Below are positions 1-12,710 of a stretch of 64,000 bases of DNA, piece by piece; the first letter of the stretch is position 1, and every line of letters begins with the position of its first letter. Below the pieces are notes generated by a model, which was not told where the DNA came from, made no database searches, and was given only the letters and a program-made list of their open reading frames with translations. Source of the stretch: Phoronis australis (lineage: Eukaryota > Animalia > Phoronida); NCBI GenBank assembly GCA_002633005.1, contig NMRA01001035.1:1-64000 (forward strand), in the 5' to 3' direction. The translations under genes and the position numbers were made by a program.

Positions 1-137
1 CGCTGGAGCCTGCCTGCGCTGCCTCCGGCAGCTTGGCTGAGGCAAGCATAGGTGCTACGCTGGATTCTGCCTGCACTGCCTCCGGCAGCTTGGCTGAGGC
101 CCGCCTACGTGCTACGCTGGAGCCTGCCTGCGCTGCC
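1..137. repeat. 57-bp GC-rich tandem repeat (about 2.4 units, truncated by the window start)
   Basis: Unit cgctggagcctgcctgcgctgcctccggcagcttggctgaggc...gtgcta restarts at 1, 58 and 115. Confidence 0.85.
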
Positions 138-152
138 TTTAATCACTAACTT

Positions 153-231
153 ACAGATTCCCGGCGGTTATAATAGACCTGCGATGCATTACGATATTCC
201 CTGGGACCGATAAAACCCAGAACTGATATTT
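153..231 (-). repeat. Dispersed repeat A; inverted copy at 6433-6512
   Basis: Reverse complement aligns by eye to aatatcagttctggattatatcggtcccggggaatatcgtaaagcatcgggtcttttataaccgccgggaatct at 6433. Confidence 0.8.
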
Positions 232-829
232 TGCTGTTCCGATGTTTCCCGAGGTCGATGTTCCCTAAACCCTATGCCCGTAGCCAGCTTTTGCAACTCA
301 ATGGTTACTAGATGCAAAATTGTGGTCAGCGAACTTTTTATTCTTCTCTTCATACACCCCCGGCAGCTTTTCACTCCCCGGACCACCGTTGCAGTAAAAT
401 GTTCTGACTCCCACAGAAACAATCTTGTTCCGGCTGAAACGGGCAATTAAAAACAAAATTACTCCGGGTGGCTAAAAAGGGTACAGTGTAGGTGGTAACC
501 ATATCCAGAAAGTCACCTTTACTAGATGGAGTTTGGCTCGCCACATCGCATTATTACAACGTTTCTTGCCATTGCAGTCTTTTACTATCTCATCATCGCA
601 AACACTCGATCAAGTTAACGACTATGCTTGCTCACGCACAAGTCTATTCCCTACCTTTGAAGTGTTTCATAATAAGCGCTCACTGGTCTACTAAGCGTAC
701 CCCTTCAACTTTTGAGAATGTCCAATTAAGCGCCCACAGTTCAGGCTAGCGCCCATCATAGTGCACTACAAACGACCGCGCGTGGTTTAAAATTAACACG
801 CAGCCTATACGGTGTGTCACTCTCAGTTC

Positions 830-1064
830 ACCAGGGAGGGTCTCGGGCCCGATTTGGCGAACTGGGCAAAAAGGTCCGCCCCAGTGAAATAATAAGTAAA
901 CAAGACAAATGTCCACAGAGTCCAAAGGAATTCGGCGCAGATGCACGATTGGCAGGCCTGAAGCTACTGGCCCCGTTTTTTTAGTCCTCGTTGTATTTTT
1001 CAGTAAAAGGTCCGCATATCGAAGAATTCGAGCCCCCTATAGTTTAGGCTAGGTGCGCGCATGT
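830..1064 (-). mobile_element. MITE family B; inverted copy at 6660-6911
   Basis: Ends in ggtgcgcgcatg; the body aligns as reverse complement to 6660-6905. Confidence 0.75.
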
Positions 1065-1543
1065 TTACACAACAAATTCAGTTTTCAAAAAACGTCTTTT
1101 CTCAATATCTAAAACCAAATCCCGGCTTTGTTTTATACTCCCGAAAGAAAGTCGTCACTAGTGACCTGCGTGTCGTTTTGTGATTGACCTATTTTTCCTG
1201 TACTTGGAAGGTATTGGGGAACAAACTCACCATTACCCAATGGAAACCCGCACAGAGGGAGTTAGGAATTATTTCGAGGCTATTGATTTCATGGAAAACT
1301 AATTGTTGAGTACGTAAACAGCACAAGTACCTTATTGTTGCTGTGAAATTTGCACTGAGCTGTTCCCGCGCATCCAAATAGGTTATTTGGTTAGTGCATC
1401 GTTTCACGGTTTTTTTTTCGACAGATGTTTTTCAAACGTCGAGAGAAGTGGCAAAATTTGGGCTGCGAACATAAAGTGGAGAGAATTTTCACTCCGAGTT
1501 AGTTTGGATCTTTAATGATTTTGATGAAAGCCAGTAGCAGATC

Positions 1544-1860
1544 AGACCTAGTAAAATACTTTTTAACGGGCATTTTCTTCCTTTTCACATCGCAAACTTA
1601 GCTACTCGAATGCACGTGTCAGTTAGAGAGCACTGATTCAACTTTCACGTCGGCAACCTGCCTTTCGCTCTAAAGCCTTTCAATGGCAGTCGTGAAGAAC
1701 AGTAACGTCGTACCTGCATGAACGAACTCAATTTTGCGATCTGAAATTTGTGAGTATTTAACGCTGCAGGTAGGAGCATAATCTAAACATTTTATCGGTG
1801 ATCTTAAAAATCAAGTTTGGCGGGGAATATTTTGCGACCTGGCATTTATGAATGCGTGAG
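1544..1860 (-). mobile_element. Fragment of the non-autonomous DNA transposon at 6003-7971 (inverted)
   Basis: About 320 bp aligns as reverse complement to 6080-6412. Confidence 0.8.
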
Positions 1861-2351
1861 GCTTTGGCATCCACAAACGTTTTGTCAATTGGTTGACCCT
1901 TTTGACCGCAATTCTCCACGCCTGCAGTAACCTTAGGTCTTTTGGGAATTTGTGACCACCTGTGGAAGATTTGCTCCCCGGGAAAATGGCAATAAAAAGG
2001 CTTAGTGCGACGACGTATTTTGATAATAATTCCGTCTTTGTACCAGCTGTTTACAGGTAAACAGCGACGCATGCGCAATTCAATCACCATTGGAACAGCA
2101 GCGACACCGCATCGAATAGCCCCAATGGATAATACAATGTACGCTGCAAGCAACACAAAGTATTGGACTGGATTTTTTACAAGTTAAAGTTTTCATTTGT
2201 TAAGTTCTATTTCACGGCTTAGTTAAATACTTCAGATAACATTCACTGCTCAGATATGGAATTTACAAAAAGTATCTGGGAAACAGGTAAACATTACCCG
2301 AATGAATTATTGCAAAAGCAATTGAAAGCAGTGATAATACTTACATGCAGA

Positions 2352-2385
2352 TACACACAGTCGCACACAGACACTCGAACACACA

Positions 2386-2417
<32 letters not shown>

Positions 2418-2431
2418 CACACACATATACA
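2352..2431. repeat. (CA)n/(CACG)n microsatellite
   Basis: Visible directly in the sequence. Confidence 0.9.
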
Positions 2432-3437
2432 AACTCTTATGATTAGCTACGCAATTGCTAGTAGTTTTTCGGGGGTTACGCAAACACACGTAGTAGGCGT
2501 AGTAGGGAACTTTACATTTACAATTGAAACATTCAGAAACCAAATGCCACTTCTTTCCGTAAAATACAATACCATGATTTTAACATCCAAAATGTCTTGT
2601 TGAAAAACTCCTAGCATGTGGTAACATCTTCTCAGCTCCATCCTATCAAACTACCTTTCTGTTGCCCAGAGAATTTTGTTAATTCCATTTCTGAGCAGTG
2701 AATATAATTTGTAGCATTTACCAAAACCCATGAAATATTTTTTTTGGAAATGAAATGTTTAACTTGTGTTAGCCCATTTTTCGCCTGCAGTTGCTAACAT
2801 TTCACTGTACACCGCTGACGCAGAAAGCACCGTTCGGAACATTTGTCTATATATTCGTGTGTTTATTCATTTTCTAGTCACATTAATTTGGCTTTTAATG
2901 TCGCGTACCCGTTTAAACCACCGACGGATTTTCTTTATTCCCCAGTTTCTTGGAAAATTTTGGAACTAAAGCCAAAGGTGCACCACGATTTTTTTATTTG
3001 CAGGTGCCAAGTCCCTGTATTTGCCTACCTGTGGATGGCTCGTGATAATTCAACGGAATGAGGTCACGCGCTGTTACATTGACCCTGTAAACAATTATTG
3101 ACAGACGTGTTGCTCGTCTGTCTTGAGCTGTTTGTTCATAGGTCAATCATCACATGATCCGATAAGACGTAGTAAGTACGTCTATCTTTTTAAGGACTAC
3201 TCGAGTAATTTGGAAAACTTCGCGTCACGCCACAGAGTTGGCGATAAAAGTGTTATTCAATAGTGTATTAATATCAGGGACTTGACTGTATTTTCGGCAT
3301 GCACGAAGCCCACTTTGCGGCTGGAACGAAGCTAATTTGATGTTTGCTTTACGTGGGGCGAGTTTCTAATGAATCGAAAGCGAAAGTGGCGTATGCCTAT
3401 GAAATGAGATAGCCTTAAATACGTGTGCGCACTAAAG

Positions 3438-5003
3438 ATGTTGACGGATGGTGCTGCAGGCGGCAACAGATTGGACAAGCAGACTTGTGACTCTACAGAA
3501 AATGACAAATCGTCCGGACTGTGTAGGCCGCTGGCCGGTTTTGTGCTAATCGGTGTGTTTATCATATTGGAGCGCCTTGCATTATATGACGTGGTGGCTT
3601 TCCTTGAACGCGAATGGCACGTGTTTGGAGAGCAAGAAGACAGTGAAGTCAGACTTGTATATGCCTTTAATGCTTGCTGTTACTTTCTTCCAATTCTTGG
3701 CGGACTTCTGGCAGACAAACTTGGAAAGTCAAAGGTAGTTTTTGTGGGATTGTTCCTTTACGCAGTCGGCCTAGTAGTTCTATTTGTTGACTGTCCTGCG
3801 TTAGATGAAGTGGAACCCACGGTGTCGTCTGGCGATAAGTACTGTTCCTGGAAGCCCAAATCCACCATCGCGTTTCCACTGTGCTTGATTGCGTTAGGAG
3901 CAGCATTCGTCAAAACAAACTTAATAGTGTTACTGCTGAAGCAAGGTGAGGCATTAGCAGTGAACCATACTTCGGAGAACTGGTTTATTAAAGCCCTTGT
4001 GACAACGGAGACTTGGTTTGCTCTTAGCTTTATGTTCATTAGTGTCGGTGAAGCTCTTGCTTGGCTCGTTGGCAGCCTGCATAATGGGTTTAGTCCTCTT
4101 GTGCAAGCTTCAATGATAGTGTTTGTGTTTATTTTGTATGCAGTCGCTTCTCTTAAAAACCTTTTTGCTTCCCAAAACTGTAAAGATGGCGCTGTTCTGC
4201 CTCGTCTGGATACCAACTTGCCAACAGCAACAGAGCAGCTTGTAGCCAGGGAGAATGAACGAACAAGACGAAAAGAATTGCTGAAACAACTGTTTATTCT
4301 ACTGCCATTATATGGACTTCTGGTCACTTTCTGGATGGCATACTCTCAGATTTTAACATTCAGTCTCATACAAGTCACTCTAACAAAAGTGAATACTAAC
4401 TTGAACGGTGGAAATTTATCTAGTGTAAGTGGTTTCCAGGGTGTTACCAGTACCATAGTAACAATTGCTTTGGTCATCATTTATTCGTGCTTGCGTGCCA
4501 AGCGCGCTTGGGACAACATCCTGTTTAAAATGGGTTTGGGAATGGTTTGTGGGTGTCTTTCCCTTCTGACACTAGGTGCCGTTGAAATATACAGAAAAAG
4601 TGCCGACTTACAGCGCGTAGAACTTAACATTGTGCTTCCACAATATGTACTGATATCGATTGCTGAAACTTTTGTTTCTATTTCAGGATTTCAGTTCTTT
4701 TACACTAAAGCGCCAAAAACATTGGAATGTATGTCAGTGGGTATGTTTCTATCTACAGTAGGTTTTGGCATTTTCTTGGGAATTACAGCAACTACAATAT
4801 TTGAATTCGTCCTTAAATGCAGCGAAATGTCATGTCAGAACTTGGATTGGTATGCCTACGGGTTAGCTATTATTTTGTTGTTAAATTTCGCTATCTTTTG
4901 GTGGTACTCACATCGTTTCAATAACCGACAGGCGGAGCAGCAGGGCGAAACACCAGCAACCAAAACTTGTAGGTACGGGTCGATGAATACGACGCAGGCT
5001 TAG
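3438..5003 (+). CDS. Intronless SLC15/POT (PTR2) family oligopeptide transporter, SLC15A4-like, divergent
   Basis: Long hydrophobic MFS-like ORF. POT motifs ILERLALY, LPILGGLLADKLG, GAAFVKTN, PQYVLISIAETF, FFYTKAPK, LDWYAY. First ATG is at 3438 (aaagATG); the ORF track starts at GTG 3423. Confidence 0.88.
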   Translation: MLTDGAAGGNRLDKQTCDSTENDKSSGLCRPLAGFVLIGVFIILERLALYDVVAFLEREWHVFGEQEDSEVRLVYAFNACCYFLPILGGLLADKLGKSKVVFVGLFLYAVGLVVLFVDCPALDEVEPTVSSGDKYCSWKPKSTIAFPLCLIALGAAFVKTNLIVLLLKQGEALAVNHTSENWFIKALVTTETWFALSFMFISVGEALAWLVGSLHNGFSPLVQASMIVFVFILYAVASLKNLFASQNCKDGAVLPRLDTNLPTATEQLVARENERTRRKELLKQLFILLPLYGLLVTFWMAYSQILTFSLIQVTLTKVNTNLNGGNLSSVSGFQGVTSTIVTIALVIIYSCLRAKRAWDNILFKMGLGMVCGCLSLLTLGAVEIYRKSADLQRVELNIVLPQYVLISIAETFVSISGFQFFYTKAPKTLECMSVGMFLSTVGFGIFLGITATTIFEFVLKCSEMSCQNLDWYAYGLAIILLLNFAIFWWYSHRFNNRQAEQQGETPATKTCRYGSMNTTQA

Positions 5004-6412
5004 CGACGGCATAGGGATTTTAATTTGCCCTCTCGCTGAGCAGCAATAATCCGATCTATTAAAGATTACCAATAACTTCGACTTACCAACTTTCTGCTTA
5101 TTTCGTGTTGTCTACTTCTTTTAACTTGTCACGGAACATTGCTCTACAATATACGTTCAAATATCAAAACCTGAAAAGTCGTTAAATTAACGAATTTGTG
5201 AAATTGAAACGATCTGTGCTTTAATGCAGGGTTTATAGAAAACACGACCTCGCAAACATCACGTGACCAACTGTTGTGTTACCCACAATCGCAAGGTGAG
5301 GTTACCATTTTGCTCAAAGAACTCATCACGTGAGTGATCTGACGTCATACGCGGGTCAGAATCAAGAGATATGCGTTTGCCGGCGCGAACGTTAACTAAA
5401 ACGTCAACATTTCTCTTGGTGTTTGCAAAGTTTCTGTTGAGAATTTTGAAATGTGACCGTTCTCCTGACTCTGAGGTATAATTAGTAGCTTTCGACAAAC
5501 TTATTTATTATAAAAAATGAAGGTCATTGATAATCTTAAAATAACCAATACAGTGAGGGTCGTAGAAGCACTGGCTATATCTGAATGTGGTTTAAATAAT
5601 TTCGGTCTTCCTTGAAGATTTCATATACAGTGAAAGATATGTTCTGGTGTAGCATTCAAAACGTTATCTCCAATTAAGATGCAATCTTTCGGGTTAATAA
5701 TTTGTAAATAAAATATATTGATGTGGCTTTAATTCATTGTTTCTGCTTTACATTCATGAATTACGTAAGCAACTAAACCTGTACATTTTAACACATTCAG
5801 TTGTGTGTGCAATCCTTGTTTGCTTTCGAATATTTGAGGCAGGTGGAATATGTGGACAAATACAACGTTATCTTTGAAAGGCACAGCAAACCCCCAGAGA
5901 GGGAGCACTCACTTTTTTGCGGAGTGTGCCGTGGGGAACAACCCTTGCTACGATCAATATGGATCCATTGGTTCAAGGCTTGTGTAAAAATGGCACTCTT
6001 TTCAGGGCTCGACGCTATTCAAATCGCCAGATCGCATTTTGCGACCTAGCCAAAGTCCCTGGTCGCATTTTCAAAATCCAGCTCACATTCATAAATGCCT
6101 GGTTGCAAAATTTTCGCGCCATTTTTACCAAACTCGATTTTTTAGATTATCGAGAAAATATTTAGATTATGCTCTTACCTGCACCGTTAAATACTGACAA
6201 ATTTCAGGTCGCAAAATTGAGTTCGTTCATGCAGGTAAGGTATTACTGTTCCTCACGACGGCCATTGAAAGGCCCTCAAGCGCAAGGCAAGTTGCCGACG
6301 TGAAAGTTGAATCAGTGCTCCCTAACTAACACGTGCATTCGAGTAGATACGTTTGCGATGTGAAAAGGGAGAAAATGCCCGTTGAAAAAGTATCCGCGAT
6401 TTTGCTAGGTCT

Positions 6413-6432
6413 NNNNNNNNNNNNNNNNNNNN
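6413..6432. other. Assembly gap (20 N)
   Basis: Run of n. Confidence 0.98.
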
Positions 6433-6659
6433 AATATCAGTTCTGGATTATATCGGTCCCGGGGAATATCGTAAAGCATCGGGTCTTTTATAACCGCCGG
6501 GAATCTATGAGTTCATTTTCAAATAAACCACTGGCACGTACCCGGGTGCTTAACAGAGCCATGCCGGTATACTCTTTCATTTAGGACTGTAGCTGTTCTC
6601 TTTTGATTTGCAGCTTTGAAGTCCCCCCACTTGAATCGCTGGAGCAGGCCTACACTTTA

Positions 6660-6911
6660 CATGCGCGCACCCAGCCTAAACTAAAGGGGGGGCCTCGAAT
6701 TCTTCCATATGCGGACCTGTTACTTAAAAAAATCAACGAGGACCAAAAAACGGGGCCACTAGGTTCAGGCTTGCCAATCGTGCATCCGCGCCGAATTCCT
6801 GTGGACTTTGTGAATTTTTGCCTCGTTTACTCAACGGACTTTTTGTTTCACTGAGGCGAACTTTTTTGCCCAATTTGCCAATTCGCCCCGATCCTCCCTG
6901 GGTGCGCCCAT
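6660..6911 (+). mobile_element. MITE family B
   Basis: TIRs catgcgcgcacccag...ctgggtgcgcccat; second copy at 830-1064. Confidence 0.7.
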
Positions 6912-7055
6912 TATTTACGTTGGCAGCAACGTGTGAAAGTCAAATCATATATCGCGCACGTAGCCCCAGAAACAAGGGGTTAGATAATTTCTTGGTAACT
7001 GAAAGTAAAGACGTGGCCGTCGCTTGGCGATAAAAAGGGTTGTCATTTTCACTTT

Positions 7056-7205
7056 CAGTGGCGGATTTATAGGGGGGCCATGTCCCCCCTAAAACTCTCC
7101 CAGATTCCATTTGGCAGTTCGGAGGTGCGCCTTCTGACGGGCAAAATCCTGGCTAATACTCTGCCCTGGCCTCCCCCCTAAATAAAAATCCTGGATCCGC
7201 CCCTG
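7056..7205. mobile_element. hAT-type MITE (CAGTGGCGGAT...ATCCGCCCCTG)
   Basis: Terminal inverted repeats; related ends at about 15771 and 52435. Confidence 0.65.
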
Positions 7206-8759
7206 ACTTAGGCTGTCATAGGCAATAAAAAACGAGACGCGCATCTCTAAGTCACGATTTTCTGCCGGGACCGCTTGCGCGCTAACAACGGGACCGAACA
7301 GTGCCGCATTGCCGGCAATATCAGGGATGTTGTCGTGGATATTTGGTACATGTAATAAGGGCATATATATTTGTCCACCACAAAGTTTGATAAGTTGATC
7401 GCTTAAGAATTAGTGGAAACACCGCCGTGTTGTGACATTTTATCACTTGTTATGCAGTGGCCCGAATCCGGAAACTTGCAAAAGTTGCCGAAAGTGTTAG
7501 CACATGAAACGCGTCAAAGATTGATTCTGCATATCCCATGTTCACGCGACTTGTTGACATGTGCAAGTCATCGGGAGGGCTGTTTTCGGTTGGCGTTCTT
7601 TTGAATTTGGATTTGGAAACAACCAAATAACAGTCGGATTAACAAGAGTTGCTCTACATTTCCAAGGCGTGCGTTCTGTAGACGCTAGGACCTACGCTAG
7701 GACCTAGTTAAAACCTAGTCAAAGTCATGTGTTTTAATTTAAAATGCACGGCAATATCTCACGTAAACTCGCGAAGTCTTACTTTTTAGCGAAGTCCTAG
7801 TGTTACCGAACGGGAGGCACATTTCTCCCGAGAAGTGTAAAAACTCAGCTCGCATACGTTGGAAATTCCAGGTCGCATTTAGCGACTTGATACGAGCTGA
7901 CAAAAATCTCAGCTCGCATTTCCAAATTTCAGGTCGCAAATGCGACCTGCAGCTCGTTATGTCGAGCCCTGCTTTTGTAGTTTTTTTTATTTCCTGAGCA
8001 TATTTTTGTAATTGTTTTAACAAACCAAACCGGTGAATTAAATTGAAAAACAATAGGCAACCTTTGAGACACAAATGAATTGGCCTTTCTGTTGGCTGCA
8101 AAATGGACTCTTTAGATGTACTCGTCTGCACAGTGACCCCCTCCTAGAAAATTGAATAGGAAAGAACTTCTTTTCATAGATTACCTAGTAGCCATGGAAA
8201 CCACTTATCTGAAAAACTCGTATACGCTACCTATAAATTTCCCGGAAGAAAGCCTCCGGAGAACCATGGATCCCACGTAAAAATACTTAAACAAGGCAAA
8301 GACAATCGGGGCCGAAAGTTGCGAATTGTTTATATGTATGTTTAAATGAAAGTGGTATCTTTCAACTGACGAAACACACCATGTGTTTCATTATTATTAT
8401 TTTATTTGATAATATTCATAGTTACAATAATGAATACAGTACTATGTACAGGATATATAAATTTAAAAAATAAAGTATTAATTATGTACACTGTCCGTAT
8501 AACACCAAACAATTAAAAACTTATTACCGTGGTGGTCCATACACAAACTAAATAAATATTAGGAATAAATAATTTATTGTGAATAATTATACAGGAGAAA
8601 TGAAACATGAGAAAGAAATAAGGTATAGGCGAAAAATTTGAAAAAGACTGAAGAATGAAGTAAAGATGATAGATGATAAATAAATGAATAAATAAAAAAA
8701 TTAACAAATTAATAGATAAAATTGGAGTTATCACTTCTCTCAATAAGGCTAAATAGATA

Positions 8760-9520
8760 ATGTATGACTACAAGTCTTTTTAAAGATTTAAAAATCTGTA
8801 ATGTCTCTCAGGTGGCCAGGAAGAGAATTCCAAAGAACTATGGTTGGATTTTAATAAGTTGCAGATCCACGTTTTAACTCTTGGTTGAATTAAACCGTTA
8901 TTGCTCCTTAAAGGTTCGTGAGAATGGCGTGGTTTAAATGTTTTAGTAATCAAGGAAATAATTTGGGGCGTTGCAATGAACAAATTTAACGTGGAGCTTG
9001 AGTTGGTTAACTGTTTTATTCATAATTTAGCCACCCAAAAGACTGAAAATGATAAAAATTAATGCGAGTACGAGGTGTAAACTGAGAACATATTCAATAA
9101 ATTTGTTTTGAAACACCTGCAGCCTTTTGCGAAGACACTTGTTTAAACTGGAAAACCAGCTTGAACAAGCATAAACAAACAAAGGAATTATAAAGGAATT
9201 GCAAAGGGTTTTACGTGACCTCATTGGAGAAGCAAAATCAACAACAGTACCAAATATACGTAGATCTCTGAAACTACACCGGGTTTGTCAACATCATCAC
9301 AAGATGTCAGTACACTACAGTCAAATTCGTTTAATTTGTTGATAAAATCAGAAGGAGAGTTGTGTTTGAGAGATCTGATTTTACAGTATCTAGGACCATC
9401 AACTGGTAGTTTTCCTAGTACTATAGATCTAATGGTGGCTGCGTGATACCAATCCTATATTACACCATGCTTTGAGATAGCGGAGTTGCAACGCCGCCAT
9501 ATTGGAAATGGGTCAGAATG
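8760..9520 (-). mobile_element. Degraded LINE (CR1/L2-group) fragments: APE C-terminus/linker and RT C-terminus
   Basis: ISKHGVI..., KIRSLKHNSPSDF and KTLCNSFIIPLFVYACSSWFSSLNKCLRKRLQVFQNKFI resemble LINE ORF2 motifs; interrupted by stops. Confidence 0.6.
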
Positions 9521-11289
9521 TTGCATTGTGGTTAAGCTGGTAAACAAGTACGTCGGCAAGCGTGGGGGAGAACCGGCCACAGGGAGGTTATACGTGTTGT
9601 GTGCCTGGCATGCTATAATACCAGTTAGCGAAATAAAAAAATTAGTTACTACCTGTTTCCCAAGGATCAAGAACTGCGTTAAACATGGGTCAGAGACATC
9701 GGTAGAGCTGGTAGCAAAGGCCGACTTCGTGAATTCTTTCCGACTTCGTAGCATAAAGTGTGCAGCGCTCATTTTGAGGGCGGCAAGAAAACGTATCTTA
9801 GAAACTGCCCAACAATATCTCCCTTCAAAGAAACAGTAACAAATACTCCACGGCGGTTGGTAGTGAAAAAAAAACTTGTTTTCGCTTGACCAGAACCAAG
9901 CCAACATGAGCAATTTTGAGGATAATGCCTCTGCACAATCACCTGTTCTGGGTCGACTCACTTAACGTATGCACACTATATGCATTACGCGCTAAGATAA
10001 AGCGTGCAGATTATTATTATTTACTTTCTACAAAATTGTGGTACATTGCTATCAAAATTCGTTGTTAAATTACGATCATTTTTCATAAAATTTTGTTGAA
10101 GTTCCAGGGCGAAATCTTGCCGACAAATGCGTAGCTGCTGGTCTCGCAATCGTCGATAGGGCTTGAATTCTTAAATAAGAATACAGCTTTGACTCAACAA
10201 ATTACCTGAAATCCTCCTCAAGTTTTCCAAATAGCGTCTCTAAGATTTTTAAGTTCTTGTGAAGTCTGGATTAACTGCAGATTAAGTCCAAATCTACGCT
10301 AGATTGTAGCACGCAACCCGAGAAAAATCTCTGTGGGAACACATGTTGTTGTCACGTGACGTTTGTTTTGAAGTTTGTATGCGTGTGTGTGAGAGTAAGC
10401 GTGCGTGTGCTTGTCAGAGTTCATTTGCCAGAGTAATGTAATGATCTAGGTGTGCATTGTATCCAAAAAAAAAATAAGTCAAGCAGTCAAGCAGAGCGTG
10501 TTTTAATATTTACGGCTTAGCACTTGCTGGCCTCATCTGCTAAAAACGTTCGAGAATTTTTTCGGTAAGACCGACATGTCACTCATTGAGTCGCCGGGTG
10601 AGTGGATGCGTGACCGTAGTGTAACAGCTATTTCCCGGAAGATTTGGGGTGTAAGGGTGCGAAGTGGGTCATTTTGACCTTAAAAACACCAATTATGATT
10701 AGTTAAATAATTTCTCTTAAAAATAATGCAGAAGCTTTTTACGGTATTGGAAACTTTCGGAAATTAGTGCCAATATTTATTTGCCGATGCTATGTTACCC
10801 GATTAATCTTCGATGACAGTCGGTACATTATGCAGCGCGCGCTTCTTGGTCGCGTGCTAACACTGGTCGAGTTTTTTTTATTAGTCTTCGATTCACGGTT
10901 TTCACATGTACAAAGAAGTTTGGATTCCTGTTGAGGCCGGAGAAGATCTGTACCGGAAAGAAACAATGCAATCCCGCTCTTTGACAAGTACGCTGTGTCT
11001 GTTTTCAAAGTCCAGACCCGCGTAGTGGGGCACATCCCTCGCAAGAGCAGCAAAACTTCTGCGTTCTTTTTGAATCGCGGCGTAAGTTTGAAGTGTATAC
11101 GGACATAACGGTGAGGCTCGTGGTCCGTTACAAATTCAGGCTGTCGGATCTTTCAATTGATAAATTGGAGACGTTAGAACTGTAGGTAAGGGCATTTTTC
11201 GCATGTAGTTCATGGGCTGGGCGCTTACTTTAGCAAAGTCTGAAAACGCGTTGGGGCACTTGTTGAGCCATGGGCGCTAATTAGGGCGA

Positions 11290-11970
11290 ATAGCGGCAGA
11301 ATTACATACAACAGCGTAGTTTAATGCACACAAATTACACGTCGTGCAAACCAGTCGGCCATCCCGTTTACCATCAACAATCCCAGTAGCCTTTACGCAC
11401 CCTAATTTCCGGACATGCGCAATCGTTAAATCGATTCGGTTGCAACTCCGCTATTCTACCGGGATAGTTACAAACAATATGATCAATCAAGGAGGAAGTA
11501 GTTTCAGTGACCCTGGTTGGCTGCATAATCAATTGCGTGCAGCCGAAACTGGTAATAGTGTCAGTGTATGGTTCAGTTAACCCAGATTTATTCTGGAAAC
11601 ACCTAATGTTGATATCACCAAGTAAAATGGCCCTTTTTGCTCTCAAATCGATGAATGTAAAGTGAAGTCTGTCTTTAATGTGTCAGTTTTCTCGTGGTGC
11701 ATGGCTAGGAAAATCTGACGTCGTCAGGGATCGTATTCTTCATAAACATCGTTGTTTGTAAAGGTTGGGGACAATAGCGTTTCGAGGCTGACGTGACACA
11801 AATCAATGCACTGAGTGCATTACGAAACATATCTACTGTATGGACTGACGACTGGGTAATTTCTCGGAATAGAGAACCAGTAAGGCACAGTGTTGTTGTT
11901 CTTATGCCGAAAACGTGGCGACATATTTACATATCGAATAGAATGCATGAATTGCTGATGTGATTTAATT
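11290..11970 (-). mobile_element. Degraded LINE apurinic endonuclease fragment
   Basis: ILLGDINI...QLIMQPTRVTETTSSLIDHIVCN matches the APE motifs GDxN, PTR and IDH. Confidence 0.75.
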
Positions 11971-12710
11971 GACCACCTGCACACTTTTATTGTATCTCTA
12001 CGTCCAACTTAAACTTTGTACTCGAGACAATAGACTCATTGGTTTATCTTCTCTCGCTTTGATTACGAAGATGGAATTTATGGTTCTGGACAGGGATCAA
12101 TCCGTTTGCGTGAAATAACTCGAAAATATTTTTAGCATTTTCCATTCTACTTTAATTTGAACTCAAAGTAATTATCAGGATTACATAGATGATGATGTAA
12201 TCCTAACTTGCACTTGATGAACCCAGCATTAAAGCTACGTCTGAGTCGGAATCTAGTACTACTCGAAGTGACAAATTTCTACTCATGTCTTTATCTCCAA
12301 TATTGGGGTCACCACTAAAGTGCAAAATTGGACTAGACACTCATCTGCGTATTGTATTATATATTTGGGTACAGAGTAAATAATTATTACATGGCGAAGT
12401 CGTTATTCCCCGTTATCTAGAGCCCGAGTGGATTTTGGAGAATTATCGCCCGAGGGGCGTTAACCCCGAGGGTGATAATTCTACAAACTGAGTATAATGC
12501 TCAAGTCAAAGGATCCCGATGACACGATACCCGCATTGGAGATCGGTGAGAGAACACGAGAGAAAAATTTCACTGAATTAAAATATCGTTTTTATGGAAA
12601 TTATGCATATTATTTTTCATAGCGTATAAATGTTGGTGCAATGCCCTTTACTGAGCGTGATTGTTTTGCGTACTCATTTATGTATTCTATTTTCACGTTC
12701 GCTGACGTCA

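Larger units (their letters stand above)
6003..7971 (+). mobile_element. Non-autonomous hAT-like DNA transposon with nested MITEs, spanning an assembly gap
   Basis: Perfect 11-bp TIRs cagggctcgac/gtcgagccctg; subterminal ggtcgca/agctcgca repeats at both ends; CTTTT on both flanks. Confidence 0.65.

Noticed and set aside
1-137. CRISPR-like array
   Set aside because: Head-to-tail units without unique spacers, in a eukaryotic context.
189-3400. Short ORFs from the six-frame track here and in other intergenic regions
   Set aside because: They overlap repeats or microsatellites, or are antisense to real genes, and show no recognisable domains.
5259-5347. TCACGTGA/CLEAR and CRE cluster as a lysosomal (TFEB) regulatory element
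   Set aside because: It lies downstream of the gene, and GTCACGTGAC recurs in repeat-like DNA elsewhere (10351, 15025, 46968).
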